From assembly GCA_944322965.1 (NCBI GenBank), contig CALUQR010000008.1, positions 4,418 to 68,417 on the forward strand: a stretch of DNA of 64,000 bases, written 5' to 3'. Numbering within the stretch: position 1 is the first letter of the stretch; each line of letters begins with the position of its first letter. The notes beneath the pieces were generated by a model. That model ran no database searches. It was not told the origin of the DNA and saw nothing but the letters and a program-made list of their open reading frames with translations. Source of the DNA: Vulcanimicrobiota bacterium (GTDB lineage Bacteria; Vulcanimicrobiota; Xenobia; Xenobiales; Xenobiaceae). A program made the position numbers and the translations under genes. Of this stretch, positions 27,817-37,702 are shown in pieces.

Positions 27817-27888
27817 GCCCCCCTATCGAGAAAGAGGTTCTAACCCCCCAGAGGTTTAATCTCTAACTAATGGTAGGGGGGCTTTTTT
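27817..27888 (+). terminator. Possible terminator (long-range AGCCCCCCT/AGGGGGGCT pairing followed by T7)
   Basis: GGTAGGGGGGCTTTTTTTAA at about 27870-27890. The partner arm is about 50 nt upstream. Confidence 0.35.
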
Positions 27889-27910
27889 TAATGGAGGTCT
27901 TATTCTAGAC

Positions 27911-28834
27911 GTGACCCTCACCCTCAGCGCGCCCGCTAAAGTCAACCTCTGCCTGGAGATAACCGACCTCCGCCCCAACGGCTACCACGCCCTAGATACT
28001 ATCTTCCAAAGCTTAGCCTTAGCCGATACTCTGCAACTGCAAAAGGGCGCTACCCAGCTCCAGATCTGCGATCACGTGGGCCAAGGCTTGAGCGTCGAAA
28101 GTAACCCTCAAAACCTCGTCTTGCGCGCCCAGCGGATGCTGGAGGAGTACCTCCAAAAGGAGCTGCCCTGCCAATTCCAGCTCCATAAATACCTGCCCGC
28201 CGGAGGGGGACTGGGAGGGGGCAGCTCCGACGCCGCCACCACCCTGGTTGGGCTGAACCTACTCTATGAGCTCAACTTGACTCTCCCCCAGCTCAACCAC
28301 TTGGCCCAAAAATTGGGGGCCGACGTAGCCTTTAACCTCCAACCCGGCACGGCCCGGGGGACCGATCTGGGCCAAGAGATCTCGCCCCTGCCCTTCCCCC
28401 AACCCTTAGCCGACTGGGGGGTCCTACTCCTGGCCCCGCCCTGGGGGATGAGCACCCCCACCGTCTACCAAGCCTGGGATCGCCTAGAGGCCGACCTGCG
28501 CCGCCCGGCCTCCGCTTGCGCCCCCCAAATGGTTAAGCTCCTCGAAAACTTGCCTGCCCCCGTCGACTCCCCCGCCTGGATAGCTAGCTTCTTGCAACTT
28601 TTGCGCAACGATCTCCAACCGGCGGCCCTCCAGCTCCAACCCCAACTGGAAGGGGTCTTCCGAGCTCTAGAGGATTGGGGCTGCGCCGCCACTCTACTCT
28701 GCGGCTCAGGCTCTACCGTGATGGGACTCCTGGAACCCGCCGCTCGCCAAAGGGTAGAGCTCCAACCCCAACTCTTAGAGAGCCTCCAGCCCCTGGGCAG
28801 CCCCTATCTCACCCACTTCATCTCCGAAAGGTAA
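27911..28834 (+). CDS. ispE: 4-diphosphocytidyl-2-C-methyl-D-erythritol kinase
   Basis: APAKVNLCLEI...RPNGYH start and GHMP kinase motif PAGGGLGGGSSDAA. GTG start. Confidence 0.9.
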   Translation: MTLTLSAPAKVNLCLEITDLRPNGYHALDTIFQSLALADTLQLQKGATQLQICDHVGQGLSVESNPQNLVLRAQRMLEEYLQKELPCQFQLHKYLPAGGGLGGGSSDAATTLVGLNLLYELNLTLPQLNHLAQKLGADVAFNLQPGTARGTDLGQEISPLPFPQPLADWGVLLLAPPWGMSTPTVYQAWDRLEADLRRPASACAPQMVKLLENLPAPVDSPAWIASFLQLLRNDLQPAALQLQPQLEGVFRALEDWGCAATLLCGSGSTVMGLLEPAARQRVELQPQLLESLQPLGSPYLTHFISER

Positions 28835-28837
28835 ATT

Positions 28838-29647
28838 ATGTACCAGCCCGCGCCTAACTTCACCCTGCCCCTACCCGCTATTCTCCTCACCGGAGGGAAG
28901 CTCAAGAACCTGCCCGCCAGCGAACCGGCCGTGCCCAGTAAAGGTTTCTTGCCCCTAGGCTCTAAGCCGCTCAGCGTCCATACCTTAGCAGCGCTCAAAG
29001 CTTGCCCCCAAGTGGGACCGGTAATAGTCGTTAGCCCCTTAACCCAAGAGGAGTTAGGGCCCGAGTGGAAAGAGGCCGATTGGGTAGTACCCTGCGGAGA
29101 TAAATTGGCCCAGTCGCTCTATAATGGGCTAGACCAAATTACGCCTACCCCCCAGCCCGTACTCTTAGTAGCCGGAGACTTGCCCTTCCTCACCCCCCAA
29201 GCGGTCGGCGACTTTATTACTCAAGCTAGCCAATACCCCGAAAATGCGCTCTGGTACGCCTTCGTAGAAAAGAGCGTTTCTGAACAGAAGTACCCCCAAC
29301 TCCAACATACTTACGCCCACCTAGTCGACGGCACTTTCTGCGGCAGCGGCTTAGTCATCCTCCGCGCCGACGCCGCCCAACAACTGAAAGAGGCCATCAC
29401 CCAAGTGACCCAGATGCGCAAGTACGTCTTTAAATTGGCTATGCTCCTGGGCTTTAAAACGCTCTGGAGATTGGCCACCCGCCGACTCACCATCGCCCAA
29501 GCCGAAGACGCCGGCCGCCGCCTCCTCGACGCCCCCTGTAAAGGGATCGTCAGCCCCTACGCCGAGAGCGCCTACAATATCGACAACTACGAGACGCTCT
29601 TGCAAGCTAGGCGCTGCATGCCGCCAGAGGCGGCGTGTAGCGCCTAG
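28838..29647 (+). CDS. MobA-like NTP-transferase-domain protein
   Basis: N-terminal LLTGGK...G and LLVAGDLPFLT motifs, typical of the nucleotidyltransferase (MobA/CofC-like) fold. Starts 3 nt after ispE. Confidence 0.6.
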   Translation: MYQPAPNFTLPLPAILLTGGKLKNLPASEPAVPSKGFLPLGSKPLSVHTLAALKACPQVGPVIVVSPLTQEELGPEWKEADWVVPCGDKLAQSLYNGLDQITPTPQPVLLVAGDLPFLTPQAVGDFITQASQYPENALWYAFVEKSVSEQKYPQLQHTYAHLVDGTFCGSGLVILRADAAQQLKEAITQVTQMRKYVFKLAMLLGFKTLWRLATRRLTIAQAEDAGRRLLDAPCKGIVSPYAESAYNIDNYETLLQARRCMPPEAACSA

Positions 29648-30145
29648 CCTGCAAGAGCGTAATTAGGAATTCGGAATTCGTAATGCGTAATTGAGGGTTG
29701 CCGGCGGGAGGAGAGGTTGTGGCTCTAACTTTAGTTTCGTCGGTGACTTAAGGGCGAGAGGGCTTGGGGAAATATCTGGCGAGTTCCGGGGATTGCTTGG
29801 CTAGGGTGAAAATCGTTCTGGCGTGGCGCAGGGCGCCGGAAATGAGCTAGAGTGCAGGCTAAGGCGCGTTACGGGTTCGCGGGCTGCTTACGCGGAAGGA
29901 AGCGAAGTCAGTCGGCGAGTTTGCGTCAGCACTGTTTGAGCCGACAACTGAGCTGACCGAAGCCTGGTCGCCCGCTCGCCTGGACAGATTCCGAGCTCCG
30001 AGATTTATTCCAAGATGGAGGGCAGGTAGCGAAAGAAAGTGTCTCCCCACTTTCTGGAGCCTAGCTGCCCGCAATCGACGTAGAGCTCGGCTCGCATGGT
30101 CCAATTGGACAAGCGTCCTAAACTATCTCGGTCCATTAGTTACGG
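29648..30145. repeat. Composite repeat array B (inverted relative to the other arrays): heptamer tract, one long-form unit, a ~258-nt unique insert, then the palindrome
   Basis: 29659-29693 is CGTAATTAGGAATTCGGAATTCGTAATGCGTAATT. 29694-29817 is the reverse complement of the long-form core. GTCCAATTGGAC lies at 30099-30110, followed by AAGCGTCCTAAA. Confidence 0.85.
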
Positions 30146-31927
30146 TTAGGCATCAACTCTGGACGGAATGTCAGTCTGAAAATCTAGGAAGAGTTGTTTC
30201 CATTGAGAGAGGTAAAATTTTTCCCAGAAAGGCCGTCGTATAGGGTCTTTGTTCCAGGGGATGGGGTGGTAGTCGGTTTGGAAGCGTTGCAGGCGGGCGG
30301 ATTCGCGTTGGAGGTAGAGTTCTTGGCCGCCGGGGGCTAGGAGTTCTTCTTCGCCGGGGCGCAGGTAGCGGTAGAGGAGCCCTTCCCGTAAGACGTAGCG
30401 GGGGGTATCTTTACTAGCTAGGGCACAACTGAGGGCCGTGCGTTGGACGTCAAAGTAGACGTCTCTACCCTGACTGGCGGCCCAGTTGGCTAGTCCGGCT
30501 AGGCCCTCGTGGGCCAGGATGGCCCCCTCCTGGGGGGGCAGCGACTCTATAAACCAGGGGGAATGGGCGACCCCCACCGGTACTAGGAGAAAGCGCCGCC
30601 CTTCCACCGCTTGAGCGTAGATTAAGCCCCCGCAGGTAGCGTCATTTTGGGCTAAGACTAGGGCCTTATCGGGGATCTGGGCCGCCATAGAGCGCAAGGT
30701 ATCGTTGACTAAATAGGCGCCCCGCTCGGAAGCGGCGGGATAATTGTAGAATAAGACCCCTATTCCTAAAGAGAAAAGGCAGAGCGACTCTAAAGCTAAA
30801 GAGTAGGACTTTTTAGCTTTAGGCAACTTATTAAAGAGCCGCTGCCAACCCCAGGCTATAAAGTAAGCGCTAGCTAGGTAAGAGGTAGCGTAAAAGCGCT
30901 CTAACATCTCTCCAAAGCCGGGGGCCTGGGGCTGGGCCGCCCATAAGGACCAAATGGGCCCCGCCAAAATAAGGAGGGAGAGTAAGTAGAGGGTCCAAGG
31001 GCGAGCTTTGTTTAGCCCAGAAGAGAGACCTACTAAAGCCAAAAGAGCCCCTACGATAAAGAATTGGCTCCAGCCCCAGGAGAGGAGCCAGCCCCCCAAA
31101 CTAGCTAGGCAGTCGATCTCCGCCCCCCCTTGGGTAGAGAGTTGCAAAGTCCCATAACCGGAGCGGGAGATAACCCAGTAAAAGCCCTCCCAGTCGCTGG
31201 GATTACCCCAGTTCATGGCCCAACCTTCCCCTAAAGGGCGGCCCTCTAGGACCCGAGCCCGTAAGGGCAACCAGAGGTAAGGGAGTAAGCCCCCTAAGAA
31301 GGCCCCGGCCTGCCACCAGCTGAGCCCCAAACCTTTAGAGCGCTCTAAGTAAAAGAGCAGCCCTAAACCGGGTAAGAGGAGGATAATAGTCTGATGGTGG
31401 CTCAAGGCTAAGCCTAAGAGGAAGGCTAGGGCTAGCCCGTAACCTCGGCGCTTAGCGGGCTCTAGGTACCAGAGGAAGGCTACTAAGTTAAAGAGGGCTA
31501 CTAAGAAGAGGTGGAAGGCGAAGACCTCCGCCCCCACCGCCATCCGCCAGGGGGTGAGGGCCAAACCGTAGAGTGAGGCCCCCGCTAGAGAGGCTACTAT
31601 ACCTAAGCCCCCTAAGACGGAGGTAGCCGCCACCAAGGCGCAGCTCCCCGCCCCGCAGAGAGCGGAGAAGAGGTTCATCGTATAAGCTGGATCCCAGAGA
31701 TGTAAGGAACAGAGCCCCCAACCTAAGAGGGTATAGAGCGGATAACCGGGCGGATGGGCGATCCCGCCCGCCGCGCAAGCGGCGATAAGCTCCGCGCTGT
31801 CGTAACCGGGAGGCAGGGCGGGAGCTAAGCTCCATAGGTAGAGTAGGAAGAAAAAGAGGCCTACTATCCCTCCGCTCAGTAAGGCGCGGCGGCGGAGCTG
31901 GGGATCTAAGGGGCTAGTGGGAGACAT
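30146..31927 (-). CDS. DUF2723 / TMEM260-like membrane glycosyltransferase (GT-C fold)
   Basis: Polytopic N-terminal half with PGYDSAEL...HPPGYPLY, characteristic of DUF2723 proteins. Soluble C-terminal domain. Confidence 0.7.
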   Translation of the reverse strand: MSPTSPLDPQLRRRALLSGGIVGLFFFLLYLWSLAPALPPGYDSAELIAACAAGGIAHPPGYPLYTLLGWGLCSLHLWDPAYTMNLFSALCGAGSCALVAATSVLGGLGIVASLAGASLYGLALTPWRMAVGAEVFAFHLFLVALFNLVAFLWYLEPAKRRGYGLALAFLLGLALSHHQTIILLLPGLGLLFYLERSKGLGLSWWQAGAFLGGLLPYLWLPLRARVLEGRPLGEGWAMNWGNPSDWEGFYWVISRSGYGTLQLSTQGGAEIDCLASLGGWLLSWGWSQFFIVGALLALVGLSSGLNKARPWTLYLLSLLILAGPIWSLWAAQPQAPGFGEMLERFYATSYLASAYFIAWGWQRLFNKLPKAKKSYSLALESLCLFSLGIGVLFYNYPAASERGAYLVNDTLRSMAAQIPDKALVLAQNDATCGGLIYAQAVEGRRFLLVPVGVAHSPWFIESLPPQEGAILAHEGLAGLANWAASQGRDVYFDVQRTALSCALASKDTPRYVLREGLLYRYLRPGEEELLAPGGQELYLQRESARLQRFQTDYHPIPWNKDPIRRPFWEKFYLSQWKQLFLDFQTDIPSRVDA

Positions 31928-32014
31928 ACGCCCCCTTTAAGGAAGGGGGACGCCTTTCCCTGCTCTAGTGGGGAAAGTATAGGGTTTAATAAGGAAAGGG
32001 TGGAAAGTATAAAG

Positions 32015-32425
32015 ATGGATAAAAAAGAGACGAGCGCCCCCAGCTGGCCCCAAGTTATCGCCACCCCCCAAGCCCCTCCGGCTATCGGCCCCTACTCCCA
32101 AGCTCTGCGCGTAGGCCCCTGGCTCTACTGCTCGGGCCAATTGCCCCTCCACCCTCAAGAGGGCGCCTTAGTAGGCGCCGACTTAGCCAGCCAGACGGAA
32201 CAAGCCTTGCGCAATTTGCAGAGCGTAGTGGAAGCCGCCGGCGGCCATCTGGCTCAGGTAGTTAAGACTACCTGTTTTTTAAAGGATCTGAGCCAGTTTG
32301 CGGCCTTCAATAGGGTCTACGCCCAATTCTTCCCCGCCCCCGCCCCGGCCCGCTCGGCGGTAGAGGTCCAAGAGCTCCCCAAAGGGGCTTTAGTAGAGAT
32401 CGAGGCTATCGCTTATTTAGGCTAG
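32015..32425 (+). CDS. ridA: RidA/YjgF-family reactive intermediate deaminase
   Basis: PAIGPYSQA...SGQLPL...TTCFL...P.RSAVEV...LP.GALVEIE motifs. The alternative GTG start is at 32000. Confidence 0.88.
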   Translation: MDKKETSAPSWPQVIATPQAPPAIGPYSQALRVGPWLYCSGQLPLHPQEGALVGADLASQTEQALRNLQSVVEAAGGHLAQVVKTTCFLKDLSQFAAFNRVYAQFFPAPAPARSAVEVQELPKGALVEIEAIAYLG

Positions 32426-32597
32426 TTTTTGCTAGTTGAGGGAGGATTAATCACCCAGCAAAGGAATTTCTCACGGAATTTCGTACTTTCGCCGGATCGT
32501 ACTCTCTTTAAATGAGCCTTTTTTGGAGAAAGTTCGAGCCCCTCTGCGCTCTAGCGAGAGCTTAGAGGCGGCTATCTTATGGAGGTATTAATTTACA

Positions 32598-32843
32598 ATG
32601 TCTGTTGCAAAGCCAAAAAAGAATTCCCCAGCCAAGTGCCGCAAGTCGGCGGCCCCTATTGAGGGTCAGGATTGGGTACGGATTGGCGGCGCCCGGTGGC
32701 TGAGAGAAGTGGCCATTAAGGAAGGCAAGCACATTCCCATCGAGTATCGCGAGGGCTACAAGCCCAAGCAGAAGGCCGTGGAAGAGGCCCCCGCTGCTGA
32801 GGCTCCCGCTGAAGAGATCCCCGCTGCTCCCGCTGCAGAATAA
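32598..32843 (+). CDS. Small basic/acidic hypothetical protein (81 aa)
   Basis: ATG with GGAGG upstream. Lys/Arg-rich N-terminal half and a Pro/Ala/Glu tail. Ends 35 nt upstream of the EF-G paralogue. Confidence 0.45.
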   Translation: MSVAKPKKNSPAKCRKSAAPIEGQDWVRIGGARWLREVAIKEGKHIPIEYREGYKPKQKAVEEAPAAEAPAEEIPAAPAAE

Positions 32844-32877
32844 GACAAAATAACCCGCCCGGTACGGAGGGACCCAA

Positions 32878-34953
32878 GTGAACGTATATACCACAGAAAA
32901 GATTCGCAACATCGGCCTTTTTGGCCACCAGGGAGCTGGCAAAACCTCTTTAGCCGAAGCTCTGCTCTATTGCTCTGGCGTGACCGACCGGCTCGGCAAA
33001 GTTGAAAATGGCAACACCGTAGCCGACTTCGATCCCGACGAAATTAAGCGCTGCATGAGCGTCTTCTCCGCCCTCACTCCTACGGTTTGGGGCGAGTACA
33101 AGTTCAATATCGTCGACACCCCCGGATTCTTCGACTTCATCGCCGAGACTCTGGGCGCCCTGCGAGTGACGGATTGCGCCGTTTTAGTGGCCGCCGCCAA
33201 CTCCGGGATAGAGGTGGGCTTGGAGAAGGTTTGGGGCCAGTGCGAGGAGCGCTCTAAGCCCCGTCTGCTCTTCGTCAATAAGATGGACAAAGAGAACGCC
33301 AACTTCCAGCACATTTTAGATGAGAGCAAAGAGAAGTTGCCCGGCGCCCGCGTGGCGCCCGTGCAGTTGCCTATTGGCGCCGCCGAGAACTTTACTGGGG
33401 TAGTAGACCTCGTTGAGCAGAAGGCTTACACCTTCGACGCTAAGGGCGTACCCAGCGAGACGGCCATTCCCGCCGATCTGGCTGACGAGGTAGAAGCGGC
33501 TCGCGAGCAGCTGATGGAAGTAGCCGCCGAGGCCACCGATGAGCTGACCGAGAAGTATTTCGAGGCTATGGAGCTCTCTACTGAGGAGCTGAAGGAAGGC
33601 CTCAAGATTTTAGTTGCTAAGGGTTCTGTGGTTCCCGCCCTCTGTGGTTCCTCCGCGACCTTAAAGGGCATTCACTTACTGGCCGACGAGATCGTCAACT
33701 ACGTCCCCGCCCCCGGCGGCGAGGTAGAGGCGGTAGACGCCGAAGGGCAGAGCGTAGAGATCGCCGTCGATCCCAAGGATCCGGTGGTGGCCTTAATCTT
33801 TAAGACTAGCTCCGATCCTTACGTCGGTAAGATCTCTTACTTGCGCATCTTCGCCGGCACCCTCCATCCGGACTGCGTCTTACACAACCAAGCTAAGGGC
33901 GTAGACGAGAAGATCGGCAACTTGCTCTTCATCCGCGGTAAGAGCCAGGAGAAGATCTCCGAAGCTCCGGCGGGCGACATCGTGGCCGTAGCTCGTTTGG
34001 GCGCCTCCTCTACGGGCGACACCCTCTCCGACGCCAGCCGCAAGGTGACCTTGCCCGGCTTAGATCTGCCCCGTCCCTTCTACTCTCGGGCCATCTACGC
34101 CAAGTCCAAAGCGGACGAAGATAAGCTCTCCGCCAACTTGCAGCGCCTCTTGCAAGAGGATCCCACCCTGCAGTTGGAGCGCGTGGAGGAGACCCACCAG
34201 ACGATCATCACCGGTATCGGCGACGTGCAGATCGATCTCTGCGTAGAGCGCTTAAAGAGAATGGGCGTAGACGTAGAGTTAGCGGCTCGCAAGATCCCTT
34301 ACCGCGAGACCTTAAAGGGTAAGGTTTCCGAAGATTACCGTCACAAGAAGCAGGCTGGCGGTCGCGGTCAGTTCGCCCAGGTGAGCATCGAAATTAGCGG
34401 CCTGCCCTCCGGCGCCGGCTTCCAGTTCGAAGATAATATTGTGGGCGGCGTAGTCTCTAAGAACTACATCCCGGCCGTAGAGAAGGGCGTGCGCAAGGCT
34501 ATGGAGAGCGGTATTCTGGCCGGTAACCCCGTGGTCGACGTCAAGGTCCGCCTCTTCGACGGTAAGATGCACGAAGTAGACTCCTCCGATATGGCCTTCC
34601 AAATTGCCGGTATGCAGGCCTTTAAGAACGGCGCCCCCAAGGCTAAGCCCGTCATCTTAGAGCCTATCGTCAACGTGGAAGTGACCGTGCCCGACGCCTA
34701 CATGGGCGACGTTATCGGCGACTTGAACTCCAAGCGCGGCCGTATCAGCGGTATGGATCCCATCGGCCACGGCTTACAGTGCATTAAGGCCCAGGTTCCC
34801 TTGGCGGAGATGCAGCGCTACGCTATCGATCTGCGCAGTATCACCCAGGGTCGCGGTTCCTTTATTCAGGAGTTCGATCACTACGAGGAGACCCCGCCTA
34901 TGGTGGCCGAGCAAGTAATTGCCGAAGCCAAAGCGGCGGAGAAACAAGCTTAA
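32878..34953 (+). CDS. fusA: Elongation factor G family GTPase (stand-alone EF-G paralogue)
   Basis: G1 GHQGAGKT, G3 DTPG, G4 NKMD, plus EF-G domains II-V over 691 aa. GTG start 5 nt after GGAGGGA. Not located in an rpsL-rpsG context. Confidence 0.88.
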   Translation: MNVYTTEKIRNIGLFGHQGAGKTSLAEALLYCSGVTDRLGKVENGNTVADFDPDEIKRCMSVFSALTPTVWGEYKFNIVDTPGFFDFIAETLGALRVTDCAVLVAAANSGIEVGLEKVWGQCEERSKPRLLFVNKMDKENANFQHILDESKEKLPGARVAPVQLPIGAAENFTGVVDLVEQKAYTFDAKGVPSETAIPADLADEVEAAREQLMEVAAEATDELTEKYFEAMELSTEELKEGLKILVAKGSVVPALCGSSATLKGIHLLADEIVNYVPAPGGEVEAVDAEGQSVEIAVDPKDPVVALIFKTSSDPYVGKISYLRIFAGTLHPDCVLHNQAKGVDEKIGNLLFIRGKSQEKISEAPAGDIVAVARLGASSTGDTLSDASRKVTLPGLDLPRPFYSRAIYAKSKADEDKLSANLQRLLQEDPTLQLERVEETHQTIITGIGDVQIDLCVERLKRMGVDVELAARKIPYRETLKGKVSEDYRHKKQAGGRGQFAQVSIEISGLPSGAGFQFEDNIVGGVVSKNYIPAVEKGVRKAMESGILAGNPVVDVKVRLFDGKMHEVDSSDMAFQIAGMQAFKNGAPKAKPVILEPIVNVEVTVPDAYMGDVIGDLNSKRGRISGMDPIGHGLQCIKAQVPLAEMQRYAIDLRSITQGRGSFIQEFDHYEETPPMVAEQVIAEAKAAEKQA

Positions 34954-35042
34954 GGGCTTGTGGGAGGCCCTAGAGGAGTCTAGCGCAAGGAAAACTCTTC
35001 TAGGGCCCTCTACCATTTTTTAGCTAAGCTCCCAGGAGGTAA

Positions 35043-36656
35043 GTGGTGAAGCACGGTCTAGGAATAGCCATCTTTTCAGTTCTAGCATCGGTCTCTCTGG
35101 CAATAGTTGGTTGTGGAGGTAGCGGCAGTGGCATGGGCGTGCTCGAGCCTTACCCCACGGGCGGCCCTGGAGGCCAGGGCGGCAGCGGCGGGGGTACCCC
35201 CCGTCCTCCCCGTCCCCCGGAAGCGGGTTCCGCCTACGAAGTCTTAGAGAGCAATAAACTCTATAATCCCATCGCCCAAGTCTACGCCCCCGAATTAGAT
35301 AAGGTCTTCTTCGTCCAGGGCTTCTCTTTAACCAATACCCAGATCCCCGAGAGCGAGCTGGAGTATCGTTTGATGTCCTACGACCCTCGCGACGGGAGCG
35401 ACGGCAACTTAGCTAAGGCCCAGGAGGTAAAATTCATCTTCCGGGACCAGAACAACCAGGAAGAGCGCGACTGGAAGGGCTTACAGAGCCCCTATGGCAT
35501 CGCTTATACCTACGACAATATGGGTACTGAAGACGCTAGCGACGATCGCTTCTATCTGGGTATTACCGACGTGGGCACTACTAAGCGCGTCTACCTCTTA
35601 GAGTTCCGCAAGGATAAAGAGGGCCAGTGGGAAGGTAAGGCCAAGGATATCTTGACCTCGGGCGGTATGAGCTCTTCCTATCCGCTGAACTGCGCTTTCG
35701 ACCAGAACTTACTCTTCTGGACCGACTATACGGGCGGTAAGGTCTGCGCCTTCAGCTTCCGCGATTTCGTCTGGGAGAACGATACTAACGACGTCATCTG
35801 GAATAAAGACGTCATCGCCAGACTCCAGTTTCCGGCCGCCATTAAGACTGACGGCCCCGTGGGCGCGGTCACTTGCCAAGGCGACAATAAGATAGTCCTC
35901 TTTAAAATCAACCAGCCCGCTGCGGACTTAGAGAAGCAGAATGAGAATAACTGGACCGATGGCGAACACGGATATCCGCTGCAGACTGACGGTCCTTGGC
36001 GCAACTATATCTTGCCCGAAGATAAGTATGAGTCTACTTACAACCGGGCCTTCGATTTAGCTTGGACCCAGGTTACTGGCGAAGGCGAGACTGGAGCTAA
36101 CTACTACTTAGTAGCTACTAGCGGCAATACTCTGCCCATTTCCGGTCTGTCAGACTCCAGTAAGGATAACGGTACCCTCTGGATCTACGACGCTAGCGCC
36201 TACATTAAGTACGATAACGCCGGAGAGCTCGACTTGGAGGATTTGCGCCAGGTGACGGACTCTGCCGAGTATAAGTTGCTCTTAGAAGATCTGGCCTTCC
36301 CCGTCAATCCCTGCTTCCCGCGCCAAGCGGCTCAGACTTGGGAGAATCCCTATATCGATATCGCCTTCTTAACTACCGGTAGCGCCACCTCTCCCGATAA
36401 CCACGAGACTTTAGGGGCTATCAACCTCGTCCGCTACAATTGGCAGACTAAGAGCGTAGAAGAGGGCTTTACCCAGACGGTAATCGATAAGCTGGAGGAT
36501 CCCTTCGCCCTCATCGTCAACCCCGTCTTTAACCAGTTAGACTCTCTGGCCTTCCTCTACGTGACCCACTGGAACTGGAGTTATAAGACTAATACCGGCG
36601 GCAAGCTGGAGAATGGCCACGTCTTTGGCGTGCGCGGTTACGTACCCCAAGAGTAA
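35043..36656 (+). CDS. Lipoprotein, probable beta-propeller (YWTD-like blade motif)
   Basis: Lipobox IVGC, a Gly-rich linker, and an LFWTDYTGGKV motif. Confidence 0.6.
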   Translation: MVKHGLGIAIFSVLASVSLAIVGCGGSGSGMGVLEPYPTGGPGGQGGSGGGTPRPPRPPEAGSAYEVLESNKLYNPIAQVYAPELDKVFFVQGFSLTNTQIPESELEYRLMSYDPRDGSDGNLAKAQEVKFIFRDQNNQEERDWKGLQSPYGIAYTYDNMGTEDASDDRFYLGITDVGTTKRVYLLEFRKDKEGQWEGKAKDILTSGGMSSSYPLNCAFDQNLLFWTDYTGGKVCAFSFRDFVWENDTNDVIWNKDVIARLQFPAAIKTDGPVGAVTCQGDNKIVLFKINQPAADLEKQNENNWTDGEHGYPLQTDGPWRNYILPEDKYESTYNRAFDLAWTQVTGEGETGANYYLVATSGNTLPISGLSDSSKDNGTLWIYDASAYIKYDNAGELDLEDLRQVTDSAEYKLLLEDLAFPVNPCFPRQAAQTWENPYIDIAFLTTGSATSPDNHETLGAINLVRYNWQTKSVEEGFTQTVIDKLEDPFALIVNPVFNQLDSLAFLYVTHWNWSYKTNTGGKLENGHVFGVRGYVPQE

Positions 36657-36701
36657 GCCCTAAGACTTAAACCTTTAAGGTTTAGGGACCTTAAACTAGA
36701 G

Positions 36702-36741
36702 TTATCCCCCTCCGCCTAAATCTTTGGGCGGAGGGGGATAA
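36702..36741 (+). terminator. Strong hairpin downstream of the lipoprotein gene (15-bp stem)
   Basis: TTATCCCCCTCCGCC-N10-GGCGGAGGGGGATAA. There is no clear T-run. Confidence 0.5.
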
Positions 36742-36886
36742 TAACTTGGCCCCTCTTTAGGTAACCTTAAAAAAGGGAGGAGGGCAGGAACTTTGGGGAG
36801 TCTAGCTAATTGCCTAGAGCTAGGTGGCCTGTCCTCTCCCCGCGCTTTAAATGGGGATTGAGAGTATGCTATAAGAGAGAAGTTTT

Positions 36887-37585
36887 ATGGTTCTAAAAGT
36901 CGTCAAGATCGTAGTCGTCTTTGTGGTTCTACTCTGGGTAGTGAGCCTCTTCTTCGCCCCCAGCGTCAAGGGACCGGGCTATAAGGGCGGAGGACTGCTC
37001 TTCTCTAAAGATCTAGCCCAAAAGGTCAGCCAAGGCCAATTGGTCATCGTCGATAAAGATGAGAGCGACAAATTGATCCAGGAAGATTTGGCGACCCACG
37101 ATCTGGTGGAGGCCCTGACCTTCGCCCGCTATAAGAGCGAAGTCTTAGAGCGCCCCCTCTACATTGAGAACGCCGAGACCTTCGGTAAGCCCACCTCCGT
37201 AGCTAGAGTAGACCCCAGCGACCGCCAAGCTTGGCAGCACCTCATCCTCTTAGAGATCGACTTAAAATCTAAGTACGCTAGGCGTCACCCCAACGATATT
37301 GAAGGCTATACTAGCGAAAAGGCTCTCGACTTAAAGCGCGTCCCCCAAGCTATGCAAGAGTTTATTGACGATTATCCCGACTCTTACGTAGTGACTACCG
37401 CCTTAGCCTATATCGAATATAGCCTCTGTCTAGCGGGCAACGACTGCGACCGGGCCATTAAGATCTACAATAAGTTAGAGTCCAAATACCCGGACAGCCA
37501 AGTCTTAGGGGAGTTCTTACCTAAGTACCGGGAGCGGGCTATAGAGCATAGGCGCAATAAGCGCAACGCCGCCGAAGCCGCTTAA
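36887..37585 (+). CDS. Membrane-anchored hypothetical protein
   Basis: N-terminal TM VKIVVVFVVLLWVVSLFF. 232-aa ORF. Confidence 0.6.
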   Translation: MVLKVVKIVVVFVVLLWVVSLFFAPSVKGPGYKGGGLLFSKDLAQKVSQGQLVIVDKDESDKLIQEDLATHDLVEALTFARYKSEVLERPLYIENAETFGKPTSVARVDPSDRQAWQHLILLEIDLKSKYARRHPNDIEGYTSEKALDLKRVPQAMQEFIDDYPDSYVVTTALAYIEYSLCLAGNDCDRAIKIYNKLESKYPDSQVLGEFLPKYRERAIEHRRNKRNAAEAA

Positions 37586-37643
37586 AAGAGTTTAGTCTAA
37601 AGAAGATTGATTTAGGCTGAGAAAAGTTTTAAGCCCCCAAGTA

Positions 37644-37685
37644 AATAATCCCGGGCCTCTTCTAAAGAAGAGGCCCGGGATTATT
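37644..37685. terminator. Bidirectional terminator (19-bp perfect stem)
   Basis: AATAATCCCGGGCCTCTTC-TAAA-GAAGAGGCCCGGGATTATT between convergent genes. Confidence 0.75.
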
Positions 37686-37702
37686 GGCTTTTAGCCTCTA
37701 AA

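Noticed and set aside
29841-30098. SRP RNA, RNase P RNA, tmRNA or 6S RNA in the unique insert
   Set aside because: CGGAAGGAAGC resembles the SRP helix-8 3' strand, but the 5' partner (UCC before GGAA) is absent. There is no GAGGAAAGUCC (RNase P) and no tRNA-like end (tmRNA). 6S RNA has no sequence signature that I can test by eye.
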